Origin: a virus
Virus record (IMG/VR): IMGVR_UViG_3300031951_000093
Span: 1-64,000 of that record
DNA: 64,000 nucleotides
Direction: 5' to 3' (one strand)
The notes beneath the pieces were generated by a model, which ran no database searches, was not told where the DNA came from, and saw only the letters and a program-made list of their open reading frames with translations. The translations under genes were made by a program, and so were the position numbers. Positions 52,375-60,982 of this stretch are shown here, in pieces (position 1 is the first letter of the stretch; each line of letters begins with the position of its first letter).

Positions 52375-53916
52375 GTGCAGCAAAGACTTTCACATCCTAC
52401 GAGCAATGGTAAGCTGCCATCATTCCGCCATCCTAGGCTAGAAGAAGTCATAGATGATTTGGATCTTGTTTATGATTGTTGGGAGCAACTGCGCACAAAG
52501 GATCAACAAAAACGCTATCTAATCAGGGAGCAAGCTGAGCCGCTTGTGGCCTATCGTGGCAGGCTAGAACGTGCATCATATCCGTCATACTTTAGGGACG
52601 GAATTGATGCCTTTGCTGGTGAATTAAGTCGATTTGAGTTGCGTAATCCACCGAAAACTTTGCTTGCTAGTCAAAATGATATTGATGGTAAAGGCACAAG
52701 CCTAAAAGCCTGGTTTATGGCTGCTGATGCGTTGCTGATGCGTGATAATGGCTGCCTGCTGATGGTGGATAAGGAAAAAAGCACAAACAGAACAAGAGGA
52801 GATGATATTGCAAATGGCAATAGGCCATTCTTTTCTTATGCTGAGCGCCGTAATGTATTGAACTGGCGTACAGCAAAAGATAATGGCAGGGAGGTTATAT
52901 CTGCTGTAACAATTCTTGAATGGCATGAAGAAGCGGATGGTGAATATGGGGTTAAGTTAGTGCCGCATTATCGCGTTATGCAAGGTGGTGATTGGAAGCT
53001 GCTAAAGATTGTAGGCGAATCAAGTGATCGCGGTGGATTGCGCAATAAGGCAACACAAACAGTAGAAGAGGTAGATCAAGGAGAATTCATTGGTTATCAA
53101 AAGCAAAAGCTAAAGTATCCTCCCGTGAAATGGTATAATAATCCAAGAGATGGCATAGGTGAAGGTGCGCCGATGTTGCTTTCGACTGCTAAATTAACAC
53201 TAGATTGGTATAGAAGTTATAGCGATTTGAAAGAGTTATTGCATAAGTGTGCGATGCCTATTCCAGTGCTGAAAGATTCTAATCGGCAGATGATACCAGG
53301 GCCAGATGGTACTCCAATGCCAGCACCTATTGTACTGGGTCCAAATCAAATCATGCAGATTTTTGATAAAGATGGTAGCTTTTCTTTCGCCGAGCCAAGC
53401 GGTAGCAGCTTGGATAAGCACATGCAAGTGCTAAAAGAATTAGAAGCAAATATCGACCGTAGCTTGCTTAATTTTGTGCTCAGTGGTAGTAGCAATCGAA
53501 CCGCAACAGAAGTTGAACTGCAAAGCGCAAGCATTCAAGCAAACCTAACAAGCTTATCAGAATCCAAAGAATCTGCAATGCAATCATTGTATGAGCTATG
53601 GGCAAAGTTCACGGGTGAACAAATACCTAATGATGCCGGTCTTGATATGAAGGCATCCATCACAGAGAAAGAAGTTGATAATGATACGCTAACTATGTGC
53701 AGTGGATTATACGATAAGGGTCTGATGATGCGCGAAACGTTCCTTGCGCTGGCGCAGCGCCGTGGGCTGCTCAGGCCCAAGGTAGACGCGAAGAAAGAGG
53801 CTGCACTGCTTGCAGTTGAAGATGAAAAAAATAACGCACTGCTAAATCCTCCTGCTCCATCGCCCAATGATCTGGCGGGCGATAATGTAGACGCGCAGGG
53901 GCTGCCTATTCAATAA
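52375..53916 (+). CDS. portal protein (DUF4055 type)
   Basis: YL.RE..EP...Y..RL.RA, DIDGKG.SL, VLNWRT, SDLKELLH and RTATE motifs; position after terL. Confidence 0.85.
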   Translation: MQQRLSHPTSNGKLPSFRHPRLEEVIDDLDLVYDCWEQLRTKDQQKRYLIREQAEPLVAYRGRLERASYPSYFRDGIDAFAGELSRFELRNPPKTLLASQNDIDGKGTSLKAWFMAADALLMRDNGCLLMVDKEKSTNRTRGDDIANGNRPFFSYAERRNVLNWRTAKDNGREVISAVTILEWHEEADGEYGVKLVPHYRVMQGGDWKLLKIVGESSDRGGLRNKATQTVEEVDQGEFIGYQKQKLKYPPVKWYNNPRDGIGEGAPMLLSTAKLTLDWYRSYSDLKELLHKCAMPIPVLKDSNRQMIPGPDGTPMPAPIVLGPNQIMQIFDKDGSFSFAEPSGSSLDKHMQVLKELEANIDRSLLNFVLSGSSNRTATEVELQSASIQANLTSLSESKESAMQSLYELWAKFTGEQIPNDAGLDMKASITEKEVDNDTLTMCSGLYDKGLMMRETFLALAQRRGLLRPKVDAKKEAALLAVEDEKNNALLNPPAPSPNDLAGDNVDAQGLPIQ

Positions 53917-53954
53917 TTGCGGGAAAAATATAATGATTCTAAGTTAAGACTGTA

Positions 53955-55109
53955 ATGGCTCGCGGCGGCAGATCAGGCAAAAAGCGGACCCAATACGTCC
54001 GCGACGCGCAGGGGCAGTTCGCCTCAACACCAGGCGGTGGCAAAAAGGCCACACCTAGCGCCGTCAGGAAAGCCGCTAAGGCCGCTACGCTGAAGGGCGG
54101 CACACTAGCAGCCAGAACATCCCTGAGGAAGTCCAGGGCCAAGCTCAAGGGCATCGACAAGGCGGATCCAACCCTTCAAACTTCACTATCAAAACGTGCA
54201 CAGAAAGGTGCCGTAACTCGTGGCAGCAAAAATCTAACCAAGACGATTAAGTCAAGCCGAACACGACTGATTGGTGCTAAGCCTAACGCAAATACAATCA
54301 AGAAAAAGCGGCCAGCTTCGATGGCTCACGTCTTGAAAGATGTGACTCGTTCAATGTCGCCAGATGATGCGCAACGTGTACTAGGGAAGAAGCCACTTGC
54401 AAAGCGAAAAATCAACGCAACCGTTAAGACGAGCACAATTAAGAAGAAGCGCAGTCCTATACTTGAAGCTAAACCATTACAAAAGCCAGCGGCTGAACGT
54501 CCGGGCTCGATGACTTCTATCTTGAAAAATACGCTACGCACACTAGCTCAAGCTGATGCGCAACGCATAAGAGAAATTGAATCAATTACAGGGCAAAAAA
54601 TTAAGCCAATTAAGCAGCGTGCTGCCGCTATTGCCGCTGGAGATCGCGTCAGGAGCACGGTCAAGGGCGGCAAGGTTGCGGATACCCTGCGGGCGGGTCT
54701 TCGTGAGCTGGCGCAGAGCGATGCCAGGACCATGCGGGAAATGTCAAAGATTGTGAAGGATGCGACGCCTAGGGTGGGCGGAGCGAAGGGAGAGAATAGT
54801 ATCAAAGAACTCGCGAAGCCTAAATTGAAACGCGAACCAAAAACAAAATCTGACATAATAAAACAAACTCGAAGAATTATTGAAAAAGCAAGTGCACGAA
54901 AAGAGAAATCCATGTATTCATACGTTATATTCAAGAACGAAAAACGAATTAAAAATGCTACAAAGATTAGAGAAGCAATATTCAACCCACCAAAGCAAAA
55001 AAAACAAAGACAAAAGCGGGATCCATCGCGCCCTACTAGCAAACAGCTTGCAATACGAAGATGGCATGCATCTATGGATGCATGGAATAGAGCCCAAAGA
55101 ATGATCTAA
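53955..55109 (+). CDS. Lys/Arg-rich basic protein, paralog 1
   Basis: YVRDAQGQFASTPGGG...AVRKAAKAATLKGG N-terminus shared with the ORFs at 60983 and 61901. Confidence 0.75.
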   Translation: MARGGRSGKKRTQYVRDAQGQFASTPGGGKKATPSAVRKAAKAATLKGGTLAARTSLRKSRAKLKGIDKADPTLQTSLSKRAQKGAVTRGSKNLTKTIKSSRTRLIGAKPNANTIKKKRPASMAHVLKDVTRSMSPDDAQRVLGKKPLAKRKINATVKTSTIKKKRSPILEAKPLQKPAAERPGSMTSILKNTLRTLAQADAQRIREIESITGQKIKPIKQRAAAIAAGDRVRSTVKGGKVADTLRAGLRELAQSDARTMREMSKIVKDATPRVGGAKGENSIKELAKPKLKREPKTKSDIIKQTRRIIEKASARKEKSMYSYVIFKNEKRIKNATKIREAIFNPPKQKKQRQKRDPSRPTSKQLAIRRWHASMDAWNRAQRMI

Positions 55110-55164
55110 AAAGCAAAAAGCCCGGCTAATCCGGGCCATTGCTGTTGATTGAGCCTGGCGATAA

Positions 55165-55401
55165 TCAACCTGCGTCAGTTAAGTCGATCCCTACGATTCT
55201 CATGTTGTCGCGCTTCATGCCGATCTGCTCCATTTCGTTAAGTGCATTCATTGCAGACTGCCAGGAATCAAATAGCAGGTCATTAGGGCTAAACGCCTGA
55301 AGGTAGTCGGTTGCCCCTGAATTACGATCCAGCCACACACCATTGTGGCGGTACTGCAGCTCAAAGCGTTCCTCGGATTGAATGGTGGTCATTGGGTTCA
55401 A
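55165..55401 (-). CDS. small moron-like gene with its own early promoter and terminator
   Basis: Opposite strand within the head module; upstream GTTACA/GTTTCA box, TATTAT and TGGG-GAGA-CCCA; downstream hairpin at 55119-55137. Confidence 0.65.
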   Translation of the reverse strand: MNPMTTIQSEERFELQYRHNGVWLDRNSGATDYLQAFSPNDLLFDSWQSAMNALNEMEQIGMKRDNMRIVGIDLTDAG

Positions 55402-55504
55402 TGCAGTGGATGGGTCTCCCCACGACCAAATAATACACCATCATCCCATGGCCCCGGAAAAATGAAACAAGCTGTAACATAGGCAGATCAACCGCCGATA
55501 ACCC

Positions 55505-57400
55505 ATGGCAACCATAGGCGACCAACAGCTAGCACTATCTGACGATTATGCCGAAGCATTAGATATGCTAAGCAATCGTGCGGTTGATAATACCAAAGCG
55601 GCCTTAGTGCGATCACTTAAGCGTACCTTAAAAGATCTGCGCCGATACTATTCAGATTTCATTGATCCTGAGCTGAAAAAATATCAATCAGCCGATGGCA
55701 AGATGCGTCGCCCAATGTCATATTCTATCGCTGATAGTAATGCCAAAATGGTTAAGCTTCTTCAGATTGCGCAAGAATACTTTCCAGAGCAAGAATTGAA
55801 TCGTATCACAGCACAATATAAGAAAGATTTTGGCGAAGCCGTACAGCTTGGCGGTGATTTGGGTAAAGAATTGGCGCAATTAGTTGATTCTGATGGCAAA
55901 GGGAATAGCATGTTTGTTGGCGCCAGTAAAGAAGCTGTGATCGGCGCCGCTAACACAGCATCAGCTTATATCAGGCGCGAAGTTGAAACTTTTCGTGATG
56001 ATATTGCACGCATTGTGCAGGATGGTATTGGACGCGGGAAAAGCTCTAAAGCATTAGAGAAAGATATAAGAGTTGCACTATTGGGTGCAAAGGATCCAAA
56101 TAATATCACACCTAAATTAGGTCTTCTTCGCCGGGCTGAATTGATTGCAAGATCTGAGCTTGCTAATGCTTATACTGGTGCGCAAAAAGCAGCCGCAGCG
56201 CGTAATGGGTATAAGTATGGGAGGTTTATTACAACACAAGATGAAAGGACTTGTCCGTATTGCGCATCTAGGCATGGTAAGATATATTTGTTAAGTGAAA
56301 TGACTGGAACTTTGCACCCTAGATGCGTCTTGGGTGATACAAAGGTTTCCCCTGGGCCTTTCTCTGCGGTTATGCGCGGCTGGTACCGGGGCAACATCGT
56401 AACCATAAGACTTGATGATGGGAGCAGCCAATCCGTCACCGGCCATCACCCAGTGTTGACGACTGATGGAATCAAGCCCGCTTGCGCTCTCAGCAAGGGT
56501 GATAATTTGATTGGTGATCGCATTAATATCCTCTCTGATTCCTGCTCTGAACCAGACTTCCACCAGGTGCCAGCCTGCGCCGAGAACATATTTGCGGCGC
56601 TTGTTCAATCTGGCGCCATGCCTGCCGTAAGCGTGCCAGTTTCCCCCTTGGATCTCCACGGCGATGGAGTGTGTATTGATGGCAAGATCGAGATTGTAAG
56701 GTCCACAAGCCTTCTCGAAGGTTACTGGAAAACCGCGACAGGCAAGAATGCTGGCGAGGGCAATAGCGCGAGTCGATACATGGCTTTTAGACAGTTCTCT
56801 ACCTTGCGCCTGCCTGATCTGACGATCCTCGGGCTGGGGGGTGCCGCGTGTGGCAGCATGAGCATTCTGAGTGAGGCGCAATCTGTCCTCGCGGGAGGAT
56901 TGAGCCATGCGGAGATACATAGAATCACTACGTCCGCGTGGCGTAATCCCTCGCTCACGCAACCTGTTGTCAATGACACTTCGACTAACAAAAAATTGCT
57001 CGGCAAGTGCTTTGACGCTTTTCCCGGACTCGTACAGACTCACAATATCATCGACATTCAGATGAGCGAATTTTCTGGTCATGTTTACAGTTTTGAAACA
57101 TTTTGTGGCTACTATTATACAGGATCCCAGTCAAGGATCGTTAACCAAAATTGCCGATGCAGCCTATCTCCAGTTTCTGATCTTGCAGTAGAAGAAACTG
57201 ATCCCGAATTGCGCCGTGAATTATTAAGGGAAGACTTTTGGGAGAAGGAACGGAATAATGTATGGAAAAAGTTTGCCGATACTAAAGAATGGCCATTTGA
57301 AAAGGCTTCTAAAGTATTAGAAGATCACCTTAAAAAGCCATCTGCCAGTGAGAAACGGCTTTATCCTGACATCAAGGAAGCTCCTAAGCCGGTTGCTTGA
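55505..57400 (+). CDS. MuF/SPP1 gp7-like head morphogenesis protein interrupted by an intein
   Basis: RAELIARSE and DERTCPYC; the HPR|CRC motif is split by a 276-aa insertion. Confidence 0.9.
   Translation: MATIGDQQLALSDDYAEALDMLSNRAVDNTKAALVRSLKRTLKDLRRYYSDFIDPELKKYQSADGKMRRPMSYSIADSNAKMVKLLQIAQEYFPEQELNRITAQYKKDFGEAVQLGGDLGKELAQLVDSDGKGNSMFVGASKEAVIGAANTASAYIRREVETFRDDIARIVQDGIGRGKSSKALEKDIRVALLGAKDPNNITPKLGLLRRAELIARSELANAYTGAQKAAAARNGYKYGRFITTQDERTCPYCASRHGKIYLLSEMTGTLHPRCVLGDTKVSPGPFSAVMRGWYRGNIVTIRLDDGSSQSVTGHHPVLTTDGIKPACALSKGDNLIGDRINILSDSCSEPDFHQVPACAENIFAALVQSGAMPAVSVPVSPLDLHGDGVCIDGKIEIVRSTSLLEGYWKTATGKNAGEGNSASRYMAFRQFSTLRLPDLTILGLGGAACGSMSILSEAQSVLAGGLSHAEIHRITTSAWRNPSLTQPVVNDTSTNKKLLGKCFDAFPGLVQTHNIIDIQMSEFSGHVYSFETFCGYYYTGSQSRIVNQNCRCSLSPVSDLAVEETDPELRRELLREDFWEKERNNVWKKFADTKEWPFEKASKVLEDHLKKPSASEKRLYPDIKEAPKPVA
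56291..57082 (-). CDS. HTH + Vsr/DUF559-like PD-(D/E)xK endonuclease encoded antisense to the intein (putative homing endonuclease)
   Basis: IVSLYESGKSVKALAEQFFVSRSVIDNRL HTH; YNLDLAI...IAVEIQGGNWH...GWHLVEVW nuclease motifs; TATAAT 31 nt upstream. Confidence 0.8.
   Translation of the reverse strand: MTRKFAHLNVDDIVSLYESGKSVKALAEQFFVSRSVIDNRLRERGITPRGRSDSMYLRMAQSSREDRLRLTQNAHAATRGTPQPEDRQIRQAQGRELSKSHVSTRAIALASILACRGFPVTFEKACGPYNLDLAINTHSIAVEIQGGNWHAYGRHGARLNKRRKYVLGAGWHLVEVWFRAGIREDINAITNQIITLAESASGLDSISRQHWVMAGDGLAAPIIKSYGYDVAPVPAAHNRRERPRGNLCITQDASRVQSSSHFT
56324..57151 (+). mobile_element. intein (Hint domain), 276 aa
   Basis: Block A CVLGDTKV, block B VTGHHPVLT, block F GHVYSFET, C-terminal VNQN followed by +1 Cys; removal restores HPRCRC. 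Confidence 0.92.
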
Positions 57401-57498
57401 TTGTTGCGGTTTGTTACGGTGGGACACTGATGAGCTGCTTGTGTTGTATGGTATGAATGCTAGAGCAATCCAGCGCTAGCATTGCGTTCCCTTAACCC

Positions 57499-57828
57499 AT
57501 GACTGCTCAATTCAATTTAGAGTCTGTAGTAATCGAAGATACTCAATACATTCGAGCTGACCTTTGTCAGCAACGAGCAACGGGCAATCGCGCTGTTGTT
57601 GTTGTCGATCGAGGGTGGATCTTTGCTGGTAACGTGCAGAGAACAGAGGCTGAGATTACATTGTCTCAAGTTGTGCATGTTTTCAAATGGTCAAGCATTG
57701 GATTTGACGGCATGATTGCAAATCCAAAATCTGACAACGTTGATTTGCGCAAAATGAATCAGGAAGTCAAGATACCGCTTGCATCCGTGATTTTTGCCAT
57801 TCCAGTTGATGACGACTGGGGGATTTGA
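57499..57828 (+). CDS. conserved phage protein (DUF6948-like)
   Basis: VVVVDRGWIFAG...W...G pattern; has its own early-type promoter; paired with the GY-repeat gene. Confidence 0.6.
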   Translation: MTAQFNLESVVIEDTQYIRADLCQQRATGNRAVVVVDRGWIFAGNVQRTEAEITLSQVVHVFKWSSIGFDGMIANPKSDNVDLRKMNQEVKIPLASVIFAIPVDDDWGI

Positions 57829-57891
57829 TTGGTTTGTTTCAGGATGCACAATCTCGCGCATCCTAAATTCCACCTATTAACAAAAGGTTTT

Positions 57892-58194
57892 ATGCCTGAT
57901 TCTGCATTCCTGCCGGTTGGCAATGGCAATGGCAATGGCTATGGCGATGGCTATGGCGATGGCAATGGTAATGGCGATGGCTATGGCTATGGCAATGGCT
58001 ATGGCAATGGCTATGGCTATGGCTATGGCTATGGCGATGGATATGGCAATGGCTATGGCTATGGCTATGGCTATGGCGATGGATATGGCTATGGCTATGG
58101 CTATGGATATGGCAATGGCTATGGCGATAGCAATGGCTATGGCTATGGCTATGGCGATGGCTATGGAACACCATCTATTAGGATTAGAAAATGA
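57892..58194 (+). CDS. Gly-Tyr/Asn/Asp repeat protein
   Basis: MPDSAFLPV(GX)nTPSIRIRK with X = Y, N or D. Confidence 0.65.
   Translation: MPDSAFLPVGNGNGNGYGDGYGDGNGNGDGYGYGNGYGNGYGYGYGYGDGYGNGYGYGYGYGDGYGYGYGYGYGNGYGDSNGYGYGYGDGYGTPSIRIRK
57919..58167 (+). repeat. hexanucleotide tandem repeat GGC(T/A/G)AT
   Basis: About 40 consecutive units seen directly. Confidence 0.95.
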
Positions 58195-58674
58195 AGGTCA
58201 AAGAATTGGCTAAATGGCTTGCATCCTTTGAGGATCAAGACGCTGAAGTGGAAGTGATAAGCCATTTACGCGGAAGCAGTTATTATGATCAAGGCGGCAC
58301 TGCAACCACAGTGCCATTAGACGTAGAAAAGCACATAACCTATACTGACTTGCGCGGCAATCCATTTATTGAGGAAGGCTGTTCATATCATGGATTACGT
58401 ACGCTACTGATGGGCGAATTGGACGCCTAAAACCAAACTCATTCTACCGAGCATCATCATGATTGGATTTACAGCAAAAGAAAAAGCAACTATAAAAATG
58501 TATGGGAAAAGAGCGACGATTATCGGCAGGCTCGCATGTCCCGTGATCGGAGTGTTTGCCTTTTTTGCGCCAGGCCTTGCCACATACCTGATTGTAAAGA
58601 TAATCAGGGAGAATCCAGAGCATTTTGTGAGTGATTAAACGTCAGGGGAAAATAACAACAACCGCCTCTGCCAC

Positions 58675-58854
58675 ATGGCAAAATCCAAAAAACAAAAAGC
58701 CAGCGCCAAAAAGGTCTCCTCCGTCATGCACGAATGGAAGACCGGTGCGCTTCATAGTGGCAAGGGCGGTCCTGTTGTAACCAGTCGCCAACAAGCCATT
58801 GCGATTGCATTATCACAAGGCCGAAAAGCGGCAAAGGGGAAGAAGAAAAAATAG
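58675..58854 (+). CDS. small basic protein (DUF6496-like)
   Basis: KVSSVMHEWKTGALHSGKGGPVVTSRQQAIAIALS; below the ORF-track size cutoff. Confidence 0.75.
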   Translation: MAKSKKQKASAKKVSSVMHEWKTGALHSGKGGPVVTSRQQAIAIALSQGRKAAKGKKKK

Positions 58855-58886
58855 CGGGAAAACTGAGGAAGCCATCTTTCTCCCTC

Positions 58887-59057
58887 ATGATGTACGCCAA
58901 AAAGCCTGCAAAACCAAGCAAGAAAGGTGGCAGCAAGCCCAAAGGCGGAGGCAAACCCAAAGGTGGTGGCAGCAAAAAGACTCCCTCCAAGCCGAAGCCT
59001 AAAAAGCCCAGCGGTGGTAGCATGTTCCCTGATTACAATAGCATTAAAGTTGCTTAA
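58887..59057 (+). CDS. small Lys/Gly/Pro-rich protein
   Basis: MMYAKKPAKPSKKGGSKPKGGG...; directly after CGGGAAAACT (58855). Confidence 0.6.
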   Translation: MMYAKKPAKPSKKGGSKPKGGGKPKGGGSKKTPSKPKPKKPSGGSMFPDYNSIKVA

Positions 59058-59289
59058 TCAATGAACAGAACACCTACGTTAAGAATTATTCAAGCGATTG
59101 CTGTTTGTGTTGCTAGTCGCAATGCTGAAGGTGCAATGCAAGGTCTGCGCGTATTGCTAGACCTTGCAGATGAAGATGATGCGGAAAAGATGATTCGACT
59201 ATTGTTGGGTCATCTATCTGCAGGTGATCGCTTTTGGCTCGGCACAATTAATGGCGAGCGCAAAAAACAGGATCTTGCAGTGATCTAAA

Positions 59290-59796
59290 ATGTTGGTTCA
59301 ACTTCCTGATTTAGATAGTTCCTGGCGGCAAACTAGCACGATTAATGATCGTGAACTGATTAGGACATATCTAAATTATCCAGCATCAGAGGCTAGTCTT
59401 ACGCTAATCATTCAGCAGATGAATAGCGTATCTTCCGTATCACCTGAAACGGTTGAGCGTATTCAAGGCTGGCTAGATGAGATCATCGAACTAGAGGAAG
59501 TGCAGGCCGATGCGGTTGCTGATGGCACCGCACATCTTGGCAATGTAAAGGAATATGAAGGCGTGATTCCAGGCACCAGCCCAACACGGGATCAGCAGCT
59601 CAGTCAGGCCGGCAAGCTGGCATGGGATACCAGCGTGCTAAAGGCCCGCTATTCGTTTGACGGAAGCGCTCGAAGCACCGCTCAGGGCCAGCGTGATGAA
59701 CGGCGCGGAATGCTGGTATCACGCATCTCACAGGCTGTTGGCATCCCATATAACAGCCATGGCGGATATGGTAGCGCGACACTGATTAGAGGATGA
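59290..59796 (+). CDS. putative head-tail connector protein
   Basis: Position in the head module; C-terminal GYGSATLIRG; function is inference. Confidence 0.5.
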   Translation: MLVQLPDLDSSWRQTSTINDRELIRTYLNYPASEASLTLIIQQMNSVSSVSPETVERIQGWLDEIIELEEVQADAVADGTAHLGNVKEYEGVIPGTSPTRDQQLSQAGKLAWDTSVLKARYSFDGSARSTAQGQRDERRGMLVSRISQAVGIPYNSHGGYGSATLIRG

Positions 59797-60118
59797 TTTT
59801 TCCTCCTGCAGAAAGGATAGCGCTTTTGACATCATCTAAGGCGTCTTTTTTAACCTCAACAATGATTAAGGTGTATTGCCGTTTCTTGCGCCATAGCTTA
59901 ATCTGTGCGCCAAGACTTCTAATGTAATTACCAACGCTATTTAACACAGACCCGCTAGATACAACTAGACTTGCATTAGGTGGTAAATTCTTGAATTCAT
60001 CATCTAGGTCGCTTATTTCAATGCCATCTAACTCAAGTAATATGTCCTCCATATAATTTTTACCCCAGAACTGATCATCAGCAATAAAAGCCTGCCATTC
60101 GCTTTTGGAGATTTTCAT
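59786..60118 (-). CDS. hypothetical protein, duplicate copy A
   Basis: MKISK...KDALDDVKSAILSAGGKIIL. Confidence 0.7.
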   Translation of the reverse strand: MKISKSEWQAFIADDQFWGKNYMEDILLELDGIEISDLDDEFKNLPPNASLVVSSGSVLNSVGNYIRSLGAQIKLWRKKRQYTLIIVEVKKDALDDVKSAILSAGGKIIL

Positions 60119-60279
60119 GATTCACTGGGAAGCAGAGAGATTGTAACACTATTGGAGGTGTTAGGCTTAACGCACATTTTTAAAGCGCGATGAACGGCGC
60201 GGAATGCTGGTATCACGCATCTCACAGGCTGTTGGCATCCCATATAACAGCCATGGCGGATATGGTGGCGCGACACTGA

Positions 60280-60621
60280 TCAGAGGATGATCTTTCCTCC
60301 TGCAGAAAGGATGGCGCTTTTGACATCATCTAAGGCGTCTTTTTCAGCTTCAACCAGAAACGTTGAATGGCTTGTTTTTTTGCGCCATATATTAATTTGC
60401 GAATTAATTGATCGAACACGCTTGCCGGTATAGTCATTTCCTATAAAGCCGCTAACGGTAATTTTTGCACTAAGAGGCAGGTCGTCAAAATCCTCGCTTG
60501 TATCATCTTTTATTTCTTCTCCTTCATGTTCTATTTTGACGGACATGAAGTGTCTTGCGCAAAGGTCGTAAAGATGATCGCTATAACGAAAATCAAGCCA
60601 TTCTTTTTTGGAGATTTTCAT
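60280..60621 (-). CDS. hypothetical protein, duplicate copy B
   Basis: Same termini as copy A, divergent middle. Confidence 0.7.
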   Translation of the reverse strand: MKISKKEWLDFRYSDHLYDLCARHFMSVKIEHEGEEIKDDTSEDFDDLPLSAKITVSGFIGNDYTGKRVRSINSQINIWRKKTSHSTFLVEAEKDALDDVKSAILSAGGKIIL

Positions 60622-60982
60622 GATTCACTGGGAAGCAGAGAGATTGTAACACTATTGGAGGTGTTGGGCTTAACGCACATTTTTAAGCTGTCATACAAAG
60701 TTCCTTTGTGAACCACACAATCAATTGATCTTACCTCAATAGATGCCGCTTTTTTGTCGATGGAGACTTCAAATGCAGTTTGATCACCAACAACAAATCG
60801 CACAAATTTAACACCATCAAGAACTTTAACGTTTTGCGTTAAGGTATGACCGGTTTCAATGCGCATGGCCAGGGGGATTAGATCAGTGACAGATCCTATC
60901 GTAAACCATCGCGGCCAACCCTCTGATGATTGCAACAAAATGAAACAATCGGGAAAGCTACAGTATGTAACCCAATCTTCTC

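Larger units (their letters stand above)
59691..60686. repeat. ~0.5-kb tandem duplication with divergent centre
   Basis: 59695-59850 matches 60189-60344, and 60104-60183 matches 60607-60686. Confidence 0.9.

Noticed and set aside
57890-58213. Poly-(Met-Ala) and poly-(His-Ser) ORFs
   Set aside because: Alternative frames of the GGCTAT hexamer repeat; the Gly-Tyr frame has unique flanks and a coupled downstream gene.
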